This document shows, one piece after another, positions 52,530 to 63,372 of a DNA stretch of 64,000 nucleotides. Where the stretch lies: the NCBI GenBank assembly GCA_963808235.1, contig CAWEEQ010000003.1, positions 32,001 through 96,000 of the forward strand, written 5' to 3'. A program made the translations under genes and the position numbers. This DNA is from an uncultured delta proteobacterium (GTDB lineage: Bacteria > Desulfobacterota > Binatia > Binatales > Binataceae). Every line of letters starts with the position of its first letter. Positions within the stretch are counted from its first letter, which is position 1. The notes under the pieces are model-generated. The model saw only the letters and a list, made by a program, of their open reading frames with translations. It had not been told where the DNA came from and did not search any database.

Positions 52530-55500
52530 TTACGAGCCGAGATCATCCAAAATCGTTTTTGCCTGGATCAAATCGTAAGTCTGGAATCCTTCGGTAAATT
52601 TCTCGAGTGCCGAGCTGAGCGTCCGGCGCGCCTCGTCCTGCTTGCCGACGCCCGCGAGCATGCGCGCGAGGCTGGTGGCCGCGCGCAGTTCCCACGATAG
52701 CGCCCCGCTCTTGCGCGCGACCTCGATCGCGTGCCGGAAGCATCGCTCAGCTTCGGCATCATGGTCCGAGCGGAGCAGCATCCCCACGCCGCGAAGCCTG
52801 TGAATTTCGACCTCCAGCAGGCGAATGTCCGATTGCTCGCACCGCTGCGCGGCCTTATCGAGTACAATGAAACCGTCCTCAAGACGTTTCATCATCAGGT
52901 ACACTTCCGCGAGCAGGACGAATGAGAATGAGTAGATGAGATCAGCGCCGCTGGCGGCCAGGCCGTCAACGGCCTCTTTGAGCATCGCGAGCCCGGAGTC
53001 TATTGCGGCTTGATCGCCGCTGGATATAGCTTCGCCGGCGATCGTGCGTCCCAGGCACATCTTCCCCGCGGCCAGCCAGTACGGAAGTCCGTGTTCGCTG
53101 GCCAGTTCGATCAGCGCTTCCGAGCGCGGCCGCACTTCGGCGTACTCGCGCCGGAAATGCATCAACACGATCGAGTACAGGTTGGAAAACGCAAGACTGA
53201 AAGGACGGCGAAGCTGGCGGGCCAAATCGTCCGACTGGGTCATCCGCTGTCTCGCCTGCTCCGGAAATCCCGCGGCGTGAAGCGCCCACGCAAGGTTGCA
53301 TAGCGACGGTGTGACGGGCGCGTTCATCATCGGCAGATAGCGCGGAATATCGCGCTCGAGGATATCGTGGCAAATTTTCAAGTGGTCGCACGCGGCGGGA
53401 AATTCGCCCATCCAGAGCAGCGTCGCTCCCATCGCGTTGTGCGCTCCCGCGGTTGCGAGATCGCTCCTCTCGTCTCCGTGGGTTCGCTCGGCCATGGTCA
53501 GTAATTTCTCCGCAATGACGCGGCTCTCGCGCAGGCGCCCGCTGGCGTGATCGAGGCTCCAGAGCGAGAACAACACGCCGAAGACCTCGGGCGTCTCGCC
53601 GGCACGGCGGCAGAGTTCCTGCGCGCGCGCGACGTTGCCGGCCATTTCCGGCGCGGAGAATCCCTGGGTCGCGACGATCAACGGCCCGAGCATCATGCGG
53701 ACCCGCAGCTCATTCTGATCGCGCTCGCGCGATTCCGGCATCATGGCTATCCAGCGCAGCGCCTCTCGCGCACATGCGATAGCGTCATTGTACGCGGAGC
53801 GGACTGCGGCCTGCTCCGCCGCGCGGCGCAAATACTCGATTGCCTTGGCCGCGTTGCCGCTGCGGTTGTAATGATGCGCCAGGTCGGCGAGGTGATCTTC
53901 GAGCTTCGCGGAAAATATTTCCTCGAGCGCGGTCGCGGTGCGCTCATGGATTGTCTTGCGCCGCTCCGACAGGATCGAGTCGTACGCGACCTCCTGGGTG
54001 AGCGCGTGCTTGAAGGTGTAGTCGCTCTCGGGAAACGCAGGCTGCTCGTAGATGAACTCGCCGAGCTGCAGATTCGATAGCATCGCGGCCAGCTCGTCGT
54101 CGGGTTTTTTGGCCACCCGCCGCATCAGGCCCATCGGAAATTCCTTGCCGATAACCGAAAGCGTCTGGAGCAAATCCTTGTCGCCGGCGGAGAGCTTGTC
54201 GATTCGCGCAGCCAGGATTCCTTTAACGGTCGGCGGAATTTGAATCGACGCGAGCGGTTTCGCGATCGACACTTTGCCGTTGCGCGCCAACACGCCCTGG
54301 TCGAACAGCACCTGCACCATCTCTTCCATGAAGAACGGATTGCCTTCGGTGCGCTCGATGATCGTCGTGCGAAGCGGGCCGAGCTCGCCGCTTTCACCCA
54401 GAAGTTCCGACAGAAGTTCGGTGGCATTACTCTGTCCGAGAGGATCGAGACGCAACTGCGTGTAGTAAGTTTTGTTGCCCCAGTTGTGACGATACTCGGG
54501 CCGATAATTCACCATCATCAGGATTCGCGCGGTTCCGATCGAGTCGGCCATCAGATTCAGCAGCGCTTCAGATTCCGCATCCACCCAGTGCAAATCTTCG
54601 AAGATGAGCAGCAGCGGCTGATCGAGGCTCTCACGCATGATCAGGCTCCTGACCGCTTCGCGCGTGCGCCGGCGCCGAATCGAGGGATCCATTTCCTCGA
54701 GCGCGGCGTCACCGGTTGAGATTCCGAGCAACGCGAAAAGATGCGGCAGCGTGCCCTCGAGCGCGCGGTCCAGCGCGAGCGCCTTGCCGGTGACTTTCTC
54801 GCGCCGGGTGCGCTCGTCGTCCTGATCCGCGACACGAAAATAGTCCTTGAGCAGCTCGACGACCGGCAGATATGCGGACGCCTTGCCGTGCGAGACCGAA
54901 AACGCCTCGAGCACAAGGCATCCGCTCTGCGAGCGCAACTTGAACTCGTGGAAGAGGCGCGACTTGCCAACTCCAGCCTCTGCTATCGCGGCGACAATCT
55001 GCCCGTGTCCTTCGCGGGCCAGCTCCAGCGCGCGCGCGAGCTGTTCCATCTCGGCGACTCGGCCGACAAACTTGGTGAGCCCGCGCGACTGCGAAACTTG
55101 CAGCCGCGTCCTGAGCGGGCCGGTCCCGATCACCTCGTAAACATTGATTGGATCGCTGACGCCCTTGATGCGCGCCGGGCCAAGCGCTCTCGATTCGAAG
55201 TATCCGGCGGTCAGCTTCTGCGTATGTTCCGTGATGACGATCGATCCGGTCGGCGCCAGCGTTTGCATCCGCGCCGCCAGGCTCGTCGAGTGGCCGATGG
55301 GCGTGTATTCGGTATGCGCGTCGTCGGTGCGAATCGAGCGCACCACCACCTCGCCGGTGTTCAGTCCCACCCGGACTTCGACCGGCGGATTGCCCGCCGC
55401 GCGCAGCTCCGCCGAGTAACGGCGCATCTCCTCCTGCACGCGGAGCGCCGCGTAGAGTGCGCGCTGGGGATGATCCTCGTGCGCTACCGGCGCGCCGAAC

Positions 55501-55947
55501 AGCGCGAAGACTCCGTCGCCGGTGGACTGCACGATGTAACCGTCGTAGCGATGCACCGCGTCGATCATCAGCTTCAACGCCGGATCGATGATCGCGCGCG
55601 CTTCTTCGGGATCGAGATCCTCCATCAGGTCCATCGATCCCTTGATATCCGCAAACAGCGCCGTGACGGTCTTGCGCTCGCCGCCCAACACTTCCGACTC
55701 CGGCAGCTCCGGCGCGATGCGGACCGAAGGCGTTTGCTCCGAAGATCTGTGTGCCAGATGGAGCCGGCTTTGCGGCGACCGTCCCCTCAGAGGCCGGCGT
55801 CAGCGATACGCCGCATTCGCCGCAGAATTTGAAGTGTGGCGGATTCTCGAATCCGCAAGCAGTGCATTTGTTCTGCAGCGGAGCCGCGCAATTGCCGCAG
55901 AACTTCATTCCGGCAGGATTTTCAGTGCCGCAACTCGAGCATCGCAT
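52530..55947 (-). CDS. Double zinc ribbon - class III nucleotide cyclase - STAND ATPase - TPR protein (frameshift near 55743)
   Basis: Four CxxC pairs, FADIKGS, GDG, RVGLNTG, AEAGVGKS, EDLHW and GNPFF. Confidence 0.92.
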
Positions 55948-55986
55948 GATGATGAATCTATCTCGGCGCGCGCACTTGGCCTAGCG

Positions 55987-56676
55987 TCACCACTTGAAGC
56001 CAAGTGCATCGGTGAGAAACTTCATGAACGGCGTCGCCGCTGCGCATGCGCCGGTGAATTGATCCAGGAACCGATCCGAGCAGACTTCCTTGCGCGTGAA
56101 TTGCATCCCCGCGATGAAGTCTTTGCGTTTCAAGTCTTCGATCAACGGATGCGCTGGATCGTAACCCTTCGGTGGACGCGACAGCACGTCGCCGGCCATT
56201 TCGAATCGCGCCACAAATTTACGATCGTTAGTTGCCTTTTCCCAATTTTGCGGACGGGCCACGATCGCGTCGCGCACCTTGCGAACCGCTTCCGGCTGCG
56301 GATGAAATACTCCGACACCCGCAAAACCTTGCGCGGGCGATAGCGAAAGATAGAACGAGGGCGCATCGAAGCGCGCCGCGTCGCGATGGCCGAACGCGGC
56401 GGCTGCGTTGGTTTTGTACGGCGTCTTGTCGCGCGAAAAACGGAGATTGCGATAGATACGCATCATCGATCCGCCGGTCGGCCGCGGGTCCGCGACGAAG
56501 CTGGCACTGATTTTCCGCAGCCGCGGTGCGAAATCCGCGATGAACGAGAGCATCGGCTCGCGCACCTCATTCTCGTAGCGGGATTTATTCCTCAGAAACC
56601 AATCGCGATTGTTGTTGCGGCTGAGTTCCTCGAAAAATTCGAAGAACTTGGGCGAGAAGTAGCGGTGCGCCATCAC
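55987..56676 (-). CDS. DUF2461 (TIGR02453) family protein
   Basis: NNNRDWF, RIYRNLRFSRDKTPYK and PKGY...HP. Confidence 0.92.
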   Translation of the reverse strand: MMAHRYFSPKFFEFFEELSRNNNRDWFLRNKSRYENEVREPMLSFIADFAPRLRKISASFVADPRPTGGSMMRIYRNLRFSRDKTPYKTNAAAAFGHRDAARFDAPSFYLSLSPAQGFAGVGVFHPQPEAVRKVRDAIVARPQNWEKATNDRKFVARFEMAGDVLSRPPKGYDPAHPLIEDLKRKDFIAGMQFTRKEVCSDRFLDQFTGACAAATPFMKFLTDALGFKW

Positions 56677-56679
56677 ACC

Positions 56680-57522
56680 TTATCCGAGGATGAATTCGTT
56701 CAGTATCTTGAAAAATCGCTCGGGTTCGTCGCGATGCACCCCGTGACCGGCGTTGTCGAAAACCTCAAGACGCGCTAGTCCAGGCGCGATCGCAGCCGCG
56801 ATGTCCTCCGAATCGGCGAGCGGTGTGATCGGATCCAGTTTGCCGGCAGTGATCAGAGTCGGGCATTTGATTCGGCCGAGACTCGGCAGAAAGTTGTAGC
56901 TGCGCGATTCGTGGCGGAAGAACTCGAAGATCAATTCAAAGTTCATGATGGTGCGCTTGGCGACCTCGGGTCCCTGCGGAGTTCGGTTGTACATCGGCAT
57001 GCACTTCTTCTGAAACTCGGGACCCGTCTCGGGGCTGGGATTTTCGAAAAATCTGCGCGCCGCCTCACGCACCTCCGCGCCGCCAAGCTGCTCGAACATT
57101 GCAAGCGCCCGGTCGTCTCTGGTCCGCGCTGCCGTGCTGCTGAGCACGAGCTTGGCTGGATGCTCCGGATGGCGGGTCGCGTACGACATCGCCACCATCC
57201 CGCCGAATGAAAGACCGAGCACGATCGGGCGCACTATCTCGAGCGCCTCGCAAAACGCGCGCACATCGTCGCCCCACTGCGGGAGATTCCAGCTTGCCGG
57301 GTCACCGCGATCGCTGCGGCCGTTGCCGCGATGATCGAGGTAAACTACTTGCGCGATATTGGCGAGGCGCGAGAAGTCGGGCTTGAAGCTCGAATGGTCG
57401 AAGCCGGGGCCGCCGTGCAGCAGGACGACGGTCGGCACTTCGCGCATCGTCGCGCCGTCGGGCCGCAGTTTCGCGCCATCTACGTCGAAGAACAGCCAGG
57501 CATCGTTGACTCGTACGCGCAT
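56680..57522 (-). CDS. Alpha/beta hydrolase (proline iminopeptidase-like)
   Basis: HGGPG, GLSFGG, DP and AGH. Confidence 0.9.
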   Translation of the reverse strand: MRVRVNDAWLFFDVDGAKLRPDGATMREVPTVVLLHGGPGFDHSSFKPDFSRLANIAQVVYLDHRGNGRSDRGDPASWNLPQWGDDVRAFCEALEIVRPIVLGLSFGGMVAMSYATRHPEHPAKLVLSSTAARTRDDRALAMFEQLGGAEVREAARRFFENPSPETGPEFQKKCMPMYNRTPQGPEVAKRTIMNFELIFEFFRHESRSYNFLPSLGRIKCPTLITAGKLDPITPLADSEDIAAAIAPGLARLEVFDNAGHGVHRDEPERFFKILNEFILG

Positions 57523-57571
57523 CGGCGGATCTCTAACGCGAATGGAAGCGTGCCGCAAATCGCGCGCACAA

Positions 57572-57805
57572 TTATTTTTCGATGCGTAGCCGGAAAAGGC
57601 CCCTGAGCTCAGTTGATTCGAGCATGACGTACCCTTCGGCTTCCACGGCGTGCGGGATGTCGCGGGCGCCGCGCGGATCGTCGAGCGTGAGTTCCAGGAT
57701 GTCGCCGCGAGCCATCTGCTCCAGGCGCACTTTCGCGTGCGCCCAGTTGAGCGGGCATTTGATCCCTCGCAGATCGAGACGAACGATTTCGCGGCGCGAC
57801 TCCAT
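57572..57805 (-). CDS. TusA/SirA family sulfur carrier
   Basis: LDLRGIKCPL, DDP and DIP motifs. Confidence 0.88.
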   Translation of the reverse strand: MESRREIVRLDLRGIKCPLNWAHAKVRLEQMARGDILELTLDDPRGARDIPHAVEAEGYVMLESTELRGLFRLRIEK

Positions 57806-57872
57806 CTTGAAGATTCTTACCACACGGCGCGCAGCCGTGAATCCTATCCCGGAAATCGGTAGGCTTAAACGG

Positions 57873-58571
57873 ATGTTCCTCGAAAGTGCCGAACTCTACG
57901 ACGCGATTTATCACTTCAAGAATTACGGACGCGAATGCGAGCTTCTCCGCGCGATCATCCAGGTTGCCGCGCCGGGAACACGCACGATTCTCGACGTCGG
58001 TTGCGGAACCGGAGAGCACGCAAAATTTTTGAAAGAGAAGTACGCGACCGACGGCGTCGATCTCAATGAGCAATACCTCGATGCAGCGCGAATCAAGAAT
58101 CCCGCCGGCAAATACGCTCGCGCCGACATGACCGATTTCGATTTGGGCGCCACTTACGACGTCGTCACCTGCCTGTTCAGTGCGATCGGCTATGTCCGCA
58201 CAGTAGATCGAATGACTCGCGCAATCGCCTGCATGGCGAAGCACGTGAAGCCGGGCGGCGTCCTTATCGTCGAGCCGTGGTTTACGCCCGAAACCTGGAA
58301 ACCCGGCGGCACATTCATTCACGCCGGAGAGATTGGGACCGACAAGGTCTGCCGCATGAGTCTCAGCCGTCAGCAAGGGAATTTATCGGTCGTGCTGATG
58401 CACTATCTGAGAACTACGACGGACAGCATCGAGCACTACAGCGAGCTGCTCGAACTCGGACTCTTCAGCCGCGACGAGATGACGCGGGCATTCGAATTGG
58501 CGCGCATGGAAGCGCGTTACGACTCGGAGGGCCTGATGGGGCGCGGACTCTACATAGGGCGATCAAAATGA
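57873..58571 (+). CDS. Class I SAM methyltransferase (TylM1/DesVI-like)
   Basis: AELYD, LDVGCGTGEH, CLFSAIGY and EPW. Confidence 0.88.
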   Translation: MFLESAELYDAIYHFKNYGRECELLRAIIQVAAPGTRTILDVGCGTGEHAKFLKEKYATDGVDLNEQYLDAARIKNPAGKYARADMTDFDLGATYDVVTCLFSAIGYVRTVDRMTRAIACMAKHVKPGGVLIVEPWFTPETWKPGGTFIHAGEIGTDKVCRMSLSRQQGNLSVVLMHYLRTTTDSIEHYSELLELGLFSRDEMTRAFELARMEARYDSEGLMGRGLYIGRSK

Positions 58572-58897
58572 ACACAAAGATCACGTTGATAGTATCGCTC
58601 TTCATCGAGCCGGATCGGCACGCCGAGTTCGTCAGCTTCGAGACTCGCGCGGCGGAGATCATGCGTGCCGTCGGCGGCAGGATCGAGCGCCGAATCGAGT
58701 GCTCCACTAACGACGACCCGTCAGCGCCAAACGAGATTCACATCGTTACTTTTCCGGATCTGCATTCGTACAAGCGATACCGCGAGTCGCCAGAGCTTCA
58801 GGCTCTCGCGAGTCTTCGCGCGAGTGCGATTCGCAAAACGATCGTGTGGCGTGGAGTCGATTTGCCGTCGTTCGACAAGTCGACGAGTACTGACTAG
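58568..58897 (+). CDS. DUF1330-like small protein
   Basis: ATGA overlap with the methyltransferase; FE..A..IM...GG and EIHIVTFP pattern. Confidence 0.7.
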   Translation: MNTKITLIVSLFIEPDRHAEFVSFETRAAEIMRAVGGRIERRIECSTNDDPSAPNEIHIVTFPDLHSYKRYRESPELQALASLRASAIRKTIVWRGVDLPSFDKSTSTD

Positions 58898-59451
58898 AGC
58901 ACTCTTCGAAAGAGATCCGGATAGGTCACGACCAGCCCGTGGTCATCCACTTCGATGTCGCGCTTGAAGTCGCTGTCGAGCGACTCGAATCGGTAGCGTC
59001 TGCCCGGCTCGAGACATGTATAGCGCTGCCGGTCGGTCGCAAGACTAAGTCCCGGCATCTGAACATAGATGACGAGGATTTCCGCCGATTGACCACGCGC
59101 GAGGCGCAGCCTCCGAATCGGAATTGTGTTGGTGAAAGGCGTAACGGATATGTCGATGTCTAGCGCGCCTTTCAGCTCTGGGAGCGGATTTGCCGACGCA
59201 TCGAGCCAGTTGCCGGCGCCATCGCTGCTGAGTTCGATCCAGTGATCGTCGCCGATCTGGCTAACCTCGAGCTCCGTTACCCGCCATGACCCATCACAGA
59301 GGATCCGATACCGCGCTGCGAAGTTTTCGTCGTCGATCGATCCGAGAATGGCGGCCTCCGCAACGATCTCGTCGGCGTCTTCCTCGAGGACAAGGTGCTC
59401 GATCCCCTTGCCGGACCAGTCTTGCCATCGCGCTACAATTTTCTCGCTCAT
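58894..59451 (-). CDS. Putative glycolipid-binding domain protein
   Basis: DIDISVTPFTNTIPIRRL, QRYT and VDDHGLVVTYP. Confidence 0.88.
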   Translation of the reverse strand: MSEKIVARWQDWSGKGIEHLVLEEDADEIVAEAAILGSIDDENFAARYRILCDGSWRVTELEVSQIGDDHWIELSSDGAGNWLDASANPLPELKGALDIDISVTPFTNTIPIRRLRLARGQSAEILVIYVQMPGLSLATDRQRYTCLEPGRRYRFESLDSDFKRDIEVDDHGLVVTYPDLFRRVL

Positions 59452-59452
59452 G

Positions 59453-61003
59453 CTACTCGGCGATTCGCTTCGAGTGTCCTACCCAGTAACGATCCTTGAT
59501 TAACCGCTTGTATAGCTTGCCGGTCGGATGGCGCGGCAGCGCCGCATCGAAATCAATTGTTCGCGGACATTTGACCGCGGACAGATGCGCGCGGCAGAAA
59601 GCGATTAGCTCGGCTTCCAGAGCCGGCCCGGCCTGTTTCATATCGACCGGCTGCACCACGGCTTTGACTTCCTCGCCAAAATCCTCGTTGGGCACCCCGA
59701 ATACCGCAACGTCCTCGACCTTCGGATGAGTCGCCAGCAGGTTCTCCGCCTCCTGCGGATAAATGTTCACGCCACCGCTGATGATCATGTTGGCCTTGCG
59801 ATCGGTCAGATAGAGGTAGCCGTCCTGATCCAGGTAGCCGATATCGCCGAGCGTCGACCATCCCTTGTCGTTGCGCGAGCTTTTCGTTTTCTCGGGATCG
59901 TTGTGATACTCGAACGTGGCGCCACCCTCGAAGAAGATCGTCCCTGCTTCGCCGGTCGGAAGCTCAGCTCCGTCATCGCTGACGATGTGCAACTTTCCGA
60001 CCAGGGGCCGGCCGACCGAGCCCTTATGCTGCAGCCACTCCGCGCTGTCGATCGAGCAGAACCCGTTGCCCTCGGTCCCCGCGTAGTACTCGAAAATCTT
60101 CGGGCCCCACCATGCGATCATCTGCTCTTTGATCGCGATTGGACACGGCGCGGACGCGTGGATCACCACCTTCAAGCTCGAATGATCGTACTTGCGGCGA
60201 GTCGGTTCGGGCAGCTTGAGCATCCGGATGAACATGGTCGGCACCATCTGCGTATGCGTCACCCGGTACTTCTCGATGAGCGCCAGCGACTGTTCCGCGT
60301 CGAAGTGCTCCATCACGACGACAGTGCCGCCAATCCGATGTATCGCCATCGTGAATTGCAGTGGCGCCGAATGATACATCGGCGCGGGCGACAGATAGAT
60401 CATCGCGGGAGTCGCCTGGTACAGCCCCGCCAGCAGCATGCCGATCGGATTTGGCGCGCCCAGCGGTTGTCCGCTCAGCCGATGTTTCACACCTTTGGGC
60501 TTGCCGGTGGTGCCCGACGAATAGAGCATCGCGGCGCCTTCGGTCTCGTCGGCAATTGGAGTCGACGGTTGCGCGGCGACGGCATCCTCCCACGATTCAT
60601 AGTTCGCGATCGTGCCGTCGATCATGTAGCGCTTGACGCCGCGCGGAATCATTTTGGCCGCATCAAGCTGGCCCGCGACGTCGGCCATCGCACGAGTAGT
60701 GATGAAAACTTTCGCGCCGCAGTCGTTTACGATGTAAGCGAGTTCCTCCGCCGTCAGGCGCGAGCTGATCGCCGTGTAGTAGAGCCCGGAGCGCTGCGCG
60801 GCCCAGAGCACCTGATGGTAGCGGGGATGATTCTCCGCGAACAATGCGATTACGTCGCCAACCTTGAGTCCCAACGAGCGAAATAAATTCGCGGCGCGGT
60901 TCGATTCCTCGTCGAGCTCGCGATAAGTGACTGCACGCCCCGTCGCCGCCATGATATACGCGGGCTTCTCAGGATCGCTCTTGGCGTGAATTCCGGGATG
61001 CAT
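59453..61003 (-). CDS. Acyl-CoA synthetase (AMP-binding)
   Basis: YSSGTTGKPKG, YAGTE, GDIGY, ISGGVNIYP and TGKL. Confidence 0.95.
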   Translation of the reverse strand: MHPGIHAKSDPEKPAYIMAATGRAVTYRELDEESNRAANLFRSLGLKVGDVIALFAENHPRYHQVLWAAQRSGLYYTAISSRLTAEELAYIVNDCGAKVFITTRAMADVAGQLDAAKMIPRGVKRYMIDGTIANYESWEDAVAAQPSTPIADETEGAAMLYSSGTTGKPKGVKHRLSGQPLGAPNPIGMLLAGLYQATPAMIYLSPAPMYHSAPLQFTMAIHRIGGTVVVMEHFDAEQSLALIEKYRVTHTQMVPTMFIRMLKLPEPTRRKYDHSSLKVVIHASAPCPIAIKEQMIAWWGPKIFEYYAGTEGNGFCSIDSAEWLQHKGSVGRPLVGKLHIVSDDGAELPTGEAGTIFFEGGATFEYHNDPEKTKSSRNDKGWSTLGDIGYLDQDGYLYLTDRKANMIISGGVNIYPQEAENLLATHPKVEDVAVFGVPNEDFGEEVKAVVQPVDMKQAGPALEAELIAFCRAHLSAVKCPRTIDFDAALPRHPTGKLYKRLIKDRYWVGHSKRIAE

Positions 61004-61620
61004 CAGTTGTCGAATCTTTGCGCCGCGCGTTTCAGAATCGAGCGCATCGCGTCGGGACTCTGCGCACCGACCAGCGGATATTCTCCGATGAAAAAAGTCG
61101 GCACGCCGTTGACTCCGCGCTGATTCGCCGCGAGCGCGTTGTTTTTGAGCCGCAGCTCGTACTTCGGCGATTTGATCGCATCGGCAACCTCGGCTGAGTC
61201 GAGTCCCGCTTCCGAACCGAGCCGCGCGACGATCGCAGGATCGCCGATATTCAGGCCCTCGCCGAAATACGCGCGGTAAATTCGCTCTTCGAGCGCCTCG
61301 TCGCGGCCCGATTCGCGCGCAAACTCGGTCGCGGCAAGCGCGGCGCGCGAGTTGGTCAGGACGGCCGGCGGACGCATCGAAAATCCTACCGCGTCGGCCA
61401 TCGCGCTGATCCGCTCCCAGAGCGCGCGCCGCGAATCAGGGTCCGAGGTCTCGCGCGCATGATCGGCCGCAATCCCCTCGGCCGGCCAGTCGGGATGAAT
61501 TTGAAACCCGCGCCATTCGAGCTGGAAATTGAACTCAGGCTTGAGCCTGCGCATGGTTTCAAAGCCGACGTAACAGAACGGACAGATGTAGTCCGAGAAC
61601 ATCACAATCTTGAGCGCCAT
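61003..61620 (-). CDS. DsbA/FrnE family oxidoreductase
   Basis: SDYICPFC, GVPTF and GAQ. Confidence 0.92.
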   Translation of the reverse strand: MALKIVMFSDYICPFCYVGFETMRRLKPEFNFQLEWRGFQIHPDWPAEGIAADHARETSDPDSRRALWERISAMADAVGFSMRPPAVLTNSRAALAATEFARESGRDEALEERIYRAYFGEGLNIGDPAIVARLGSEAGLDSAEVADAIKSPKYELRLKNNALAANQRGVNGVPTFFIGEYPLVGAQSPDAMRSILKRAAQRFDN

Positions 61621-61758
61621 CGGTTCTTGCTCTCCTCCCATCAATAATAGAGTCGCCAAACGAAAGGGGCCAGCCCCTGCCCGCATTGTTGTAGCTATGT
61701 TATTGGGTTAAGAGTTCCGCGTACTCCGCTTAGGCGCGTGGTTGCGTGAGGTGATCCG

Positions 61759-62556
61759 ATGATTCTCGATTCGCTCAAGCTCGACGATAAAGTGGCCATC
61801 GTCACCGGCGCGGGCCGCGGTCTAGGCCGCGCGATGGCGGTGAAATTCGCGCTCGCGGGCGCCGATATCGTCGCCGCGTCGCGAACCAAAGCGCAGCTCG
61901 ACGAAACCGCCGAAGAAGTTAAAAAGACCGGACGCAAATGCATGATCGTCCCGACCGACGTGACCATTTCCGCGCAGGTGAACGCGCTCGCCGAGGCTGC
62001 CATCAAGGAGTTCGGCAAGATCGACATCCTGGTGAACAACGCGGGCGGCGGCGACGATTCGCTCGGCAAGCCGCTGGAGAAAATCACCGACGAGGAATGG
62101 CGGCGCGGACTCGACACCAACCTGACCAGCCAGTTCTACGGATGCCGCGCGGTGATCGCGCAGATGGTGAAGCAAAATCGCGGCAAGATAATCAACATCG
62201 CATCGGGCTACGGACTCCGGGGCGGCAAGCACAATTACATGTACGCGTGTGCGAAGGGCGGCACGATTCAGTTGACTCGCTCGATGGCGCTGACCTACGC
62301 GCAGTTCAACATCCAGACCAACTGCATCGTGCCCGGAATTTTTCCGCACAACGAGCAGATGATGCAGTTCTTCAAGGGCGGAAAATTTATTCCGATCGGA
62401 AGGGTCGGCGAAGACAGCGAACTCGGACCGCTGGCGGTATTCCTCGCGTCGGATGCTGCCAACCACATTAACGGCGAGCTGATCGCGATCGATGGCGGCG
62501 GACTGGCTGGCGGAATCGCGCCGACCGGCGTTACGCCCGAGAGTTCATCAAGCTAG
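61759..62556 (+). CDS. Short-chain dehydrogenase/reductase
   Basis: TGAGRGLG, NNAG and YACAK. Confidence 0.94.
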   Translation: MILDSLKLDDKVAIVTGAGRGLGRAMAVKFALAGADIVAASRTKAQLDETAEEVKKTGRKCMIVPTDVTISAQVNALAEAAIKEFGKIDILVNNAGGGDDSLGKPLEKITDEEWRRGLDTNLTSQFYGCRAVIAQMVKQNRGKIINIASGYGLRGGKHNYMYACAKGGTIQLTRSMALTYAQFNIQTNCIVPGIFPHNEQMMQFFKGGKFIPIGRVGEDSELGPLAVFLASDAANHINGELIAIDGGGLAGGIAPTGVTPESSSS

Positions 62557-62583
62557 GCGCGCTCGAATAATCGCGGAGACAAG

Positions 62584-63366
62584 ATGGCCTCGTCGAGCTT
62601 ATCGGCTGATTTTTCACTCGAAGGCAAAGGTGCGCTGGTCGTTGGCGCCGAGCATTCAGTGGGCCGCGCGGCGGCGGTAACGCTGGCCGAAGCGGGCGCG
62701 AAGATAGTCCTCGCCTCGCAGGAGCCGGGCACCGAAAAGCAGCTTAAGGAAGCCGCCAAGCTCGTGCAGGCTGCGGGAGCCAAGCCGGTGATTCGCGTGC
62801 AGAACGCCGCGATTCGCGCGGACCTGTCGGCGACCGCGGATTTCGCGGCGAAACAGCCCGGCGGACTCCACATCCTGGTCAACGCGCTCGATACGCCTGC
62901 GTATGGGCCTGCGGAATCCAGCGACGACACTGCGTTCGACAAAATTTTCGAAAACAATCTCAAGACGGTCTGGATGTCGTGCCAGGAAGCGGCGCGCGTG
63001 ATGCGCCAGGGCGGCGGCGCGATCGTTAATATTACCTCGGTGCTGGCGGAACGCGGGATGCCGAATGCGGCGCTCTACTGCGCGGCCAAAGCGGCGGTGC
63101 TCAATCTGACCAGGGCGCTGGCGCTCGAATGGGCCCGCAAGAACATCCGCGTCAATGCTATCCAGGCCGGATGGCTCGACGACGAATCCAGTCCCGCCAA
63201 CAAGGACGACGAGTTCAGCAAGATGCTGCTCAAGTACCTGCCCAATAACCGCCTGGTGAAACCCGAAGAACTCGGTGGCGCGCTGCTCTACCTGGTCTCG
63301 CCTGCGGCGGGCTTCGTCACGGGCGAATCGATCGCAGTGGACGGCGGCCTCCGCGCGCGAGTTTGA
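62584..63366 (+). CDS. Short-chain dehydrogenase/reductase with atypical cofactor motif
   Basis: VGAEHSVG replaces TGxxxGxG; YCAAK retained. Confidence 0.88.
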   Translation: MASSSLSADFSLEGKGALVVGAEHSVGRAAAVTLAEAGAKIVLASQEPGTEKQLKEAAKLVQAAGAKPVIRVQNAAIRADLSATADFAAKQPGGLHILVNALDTPAYGPAESSDDTAFDKIFENNLKTVWMSCQEAARVMRQGGGAIVNITSVLAERGMPNAALYCAAKAAVLNLTRALALEWARKNIRVNAIQAGWLDDESSPANKDDEFSKMLLKYLPNNRLVKPEELGGALLYLVSPAAGFVTGESIAVDGGLRARV

Positions 63367-63372
63367 CCAGAT

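Noticed and set aside
47651-55947. Avs/CBASS/Pycsar-type anti-phage system from two STAND proteins and a cyclase
   Set aside because: Both resemble signalling AAA-TPR regulators, are separated by dacA, and have no nuclease, TIR, SIR2 or cyclic-nucleotide effector next to them
57582-57872. N-terminal extension of the methyltransferase ORF
   Set aside because: Overlaps the TusA-like gene on the opposite strand; the likely start is ATG at 57873
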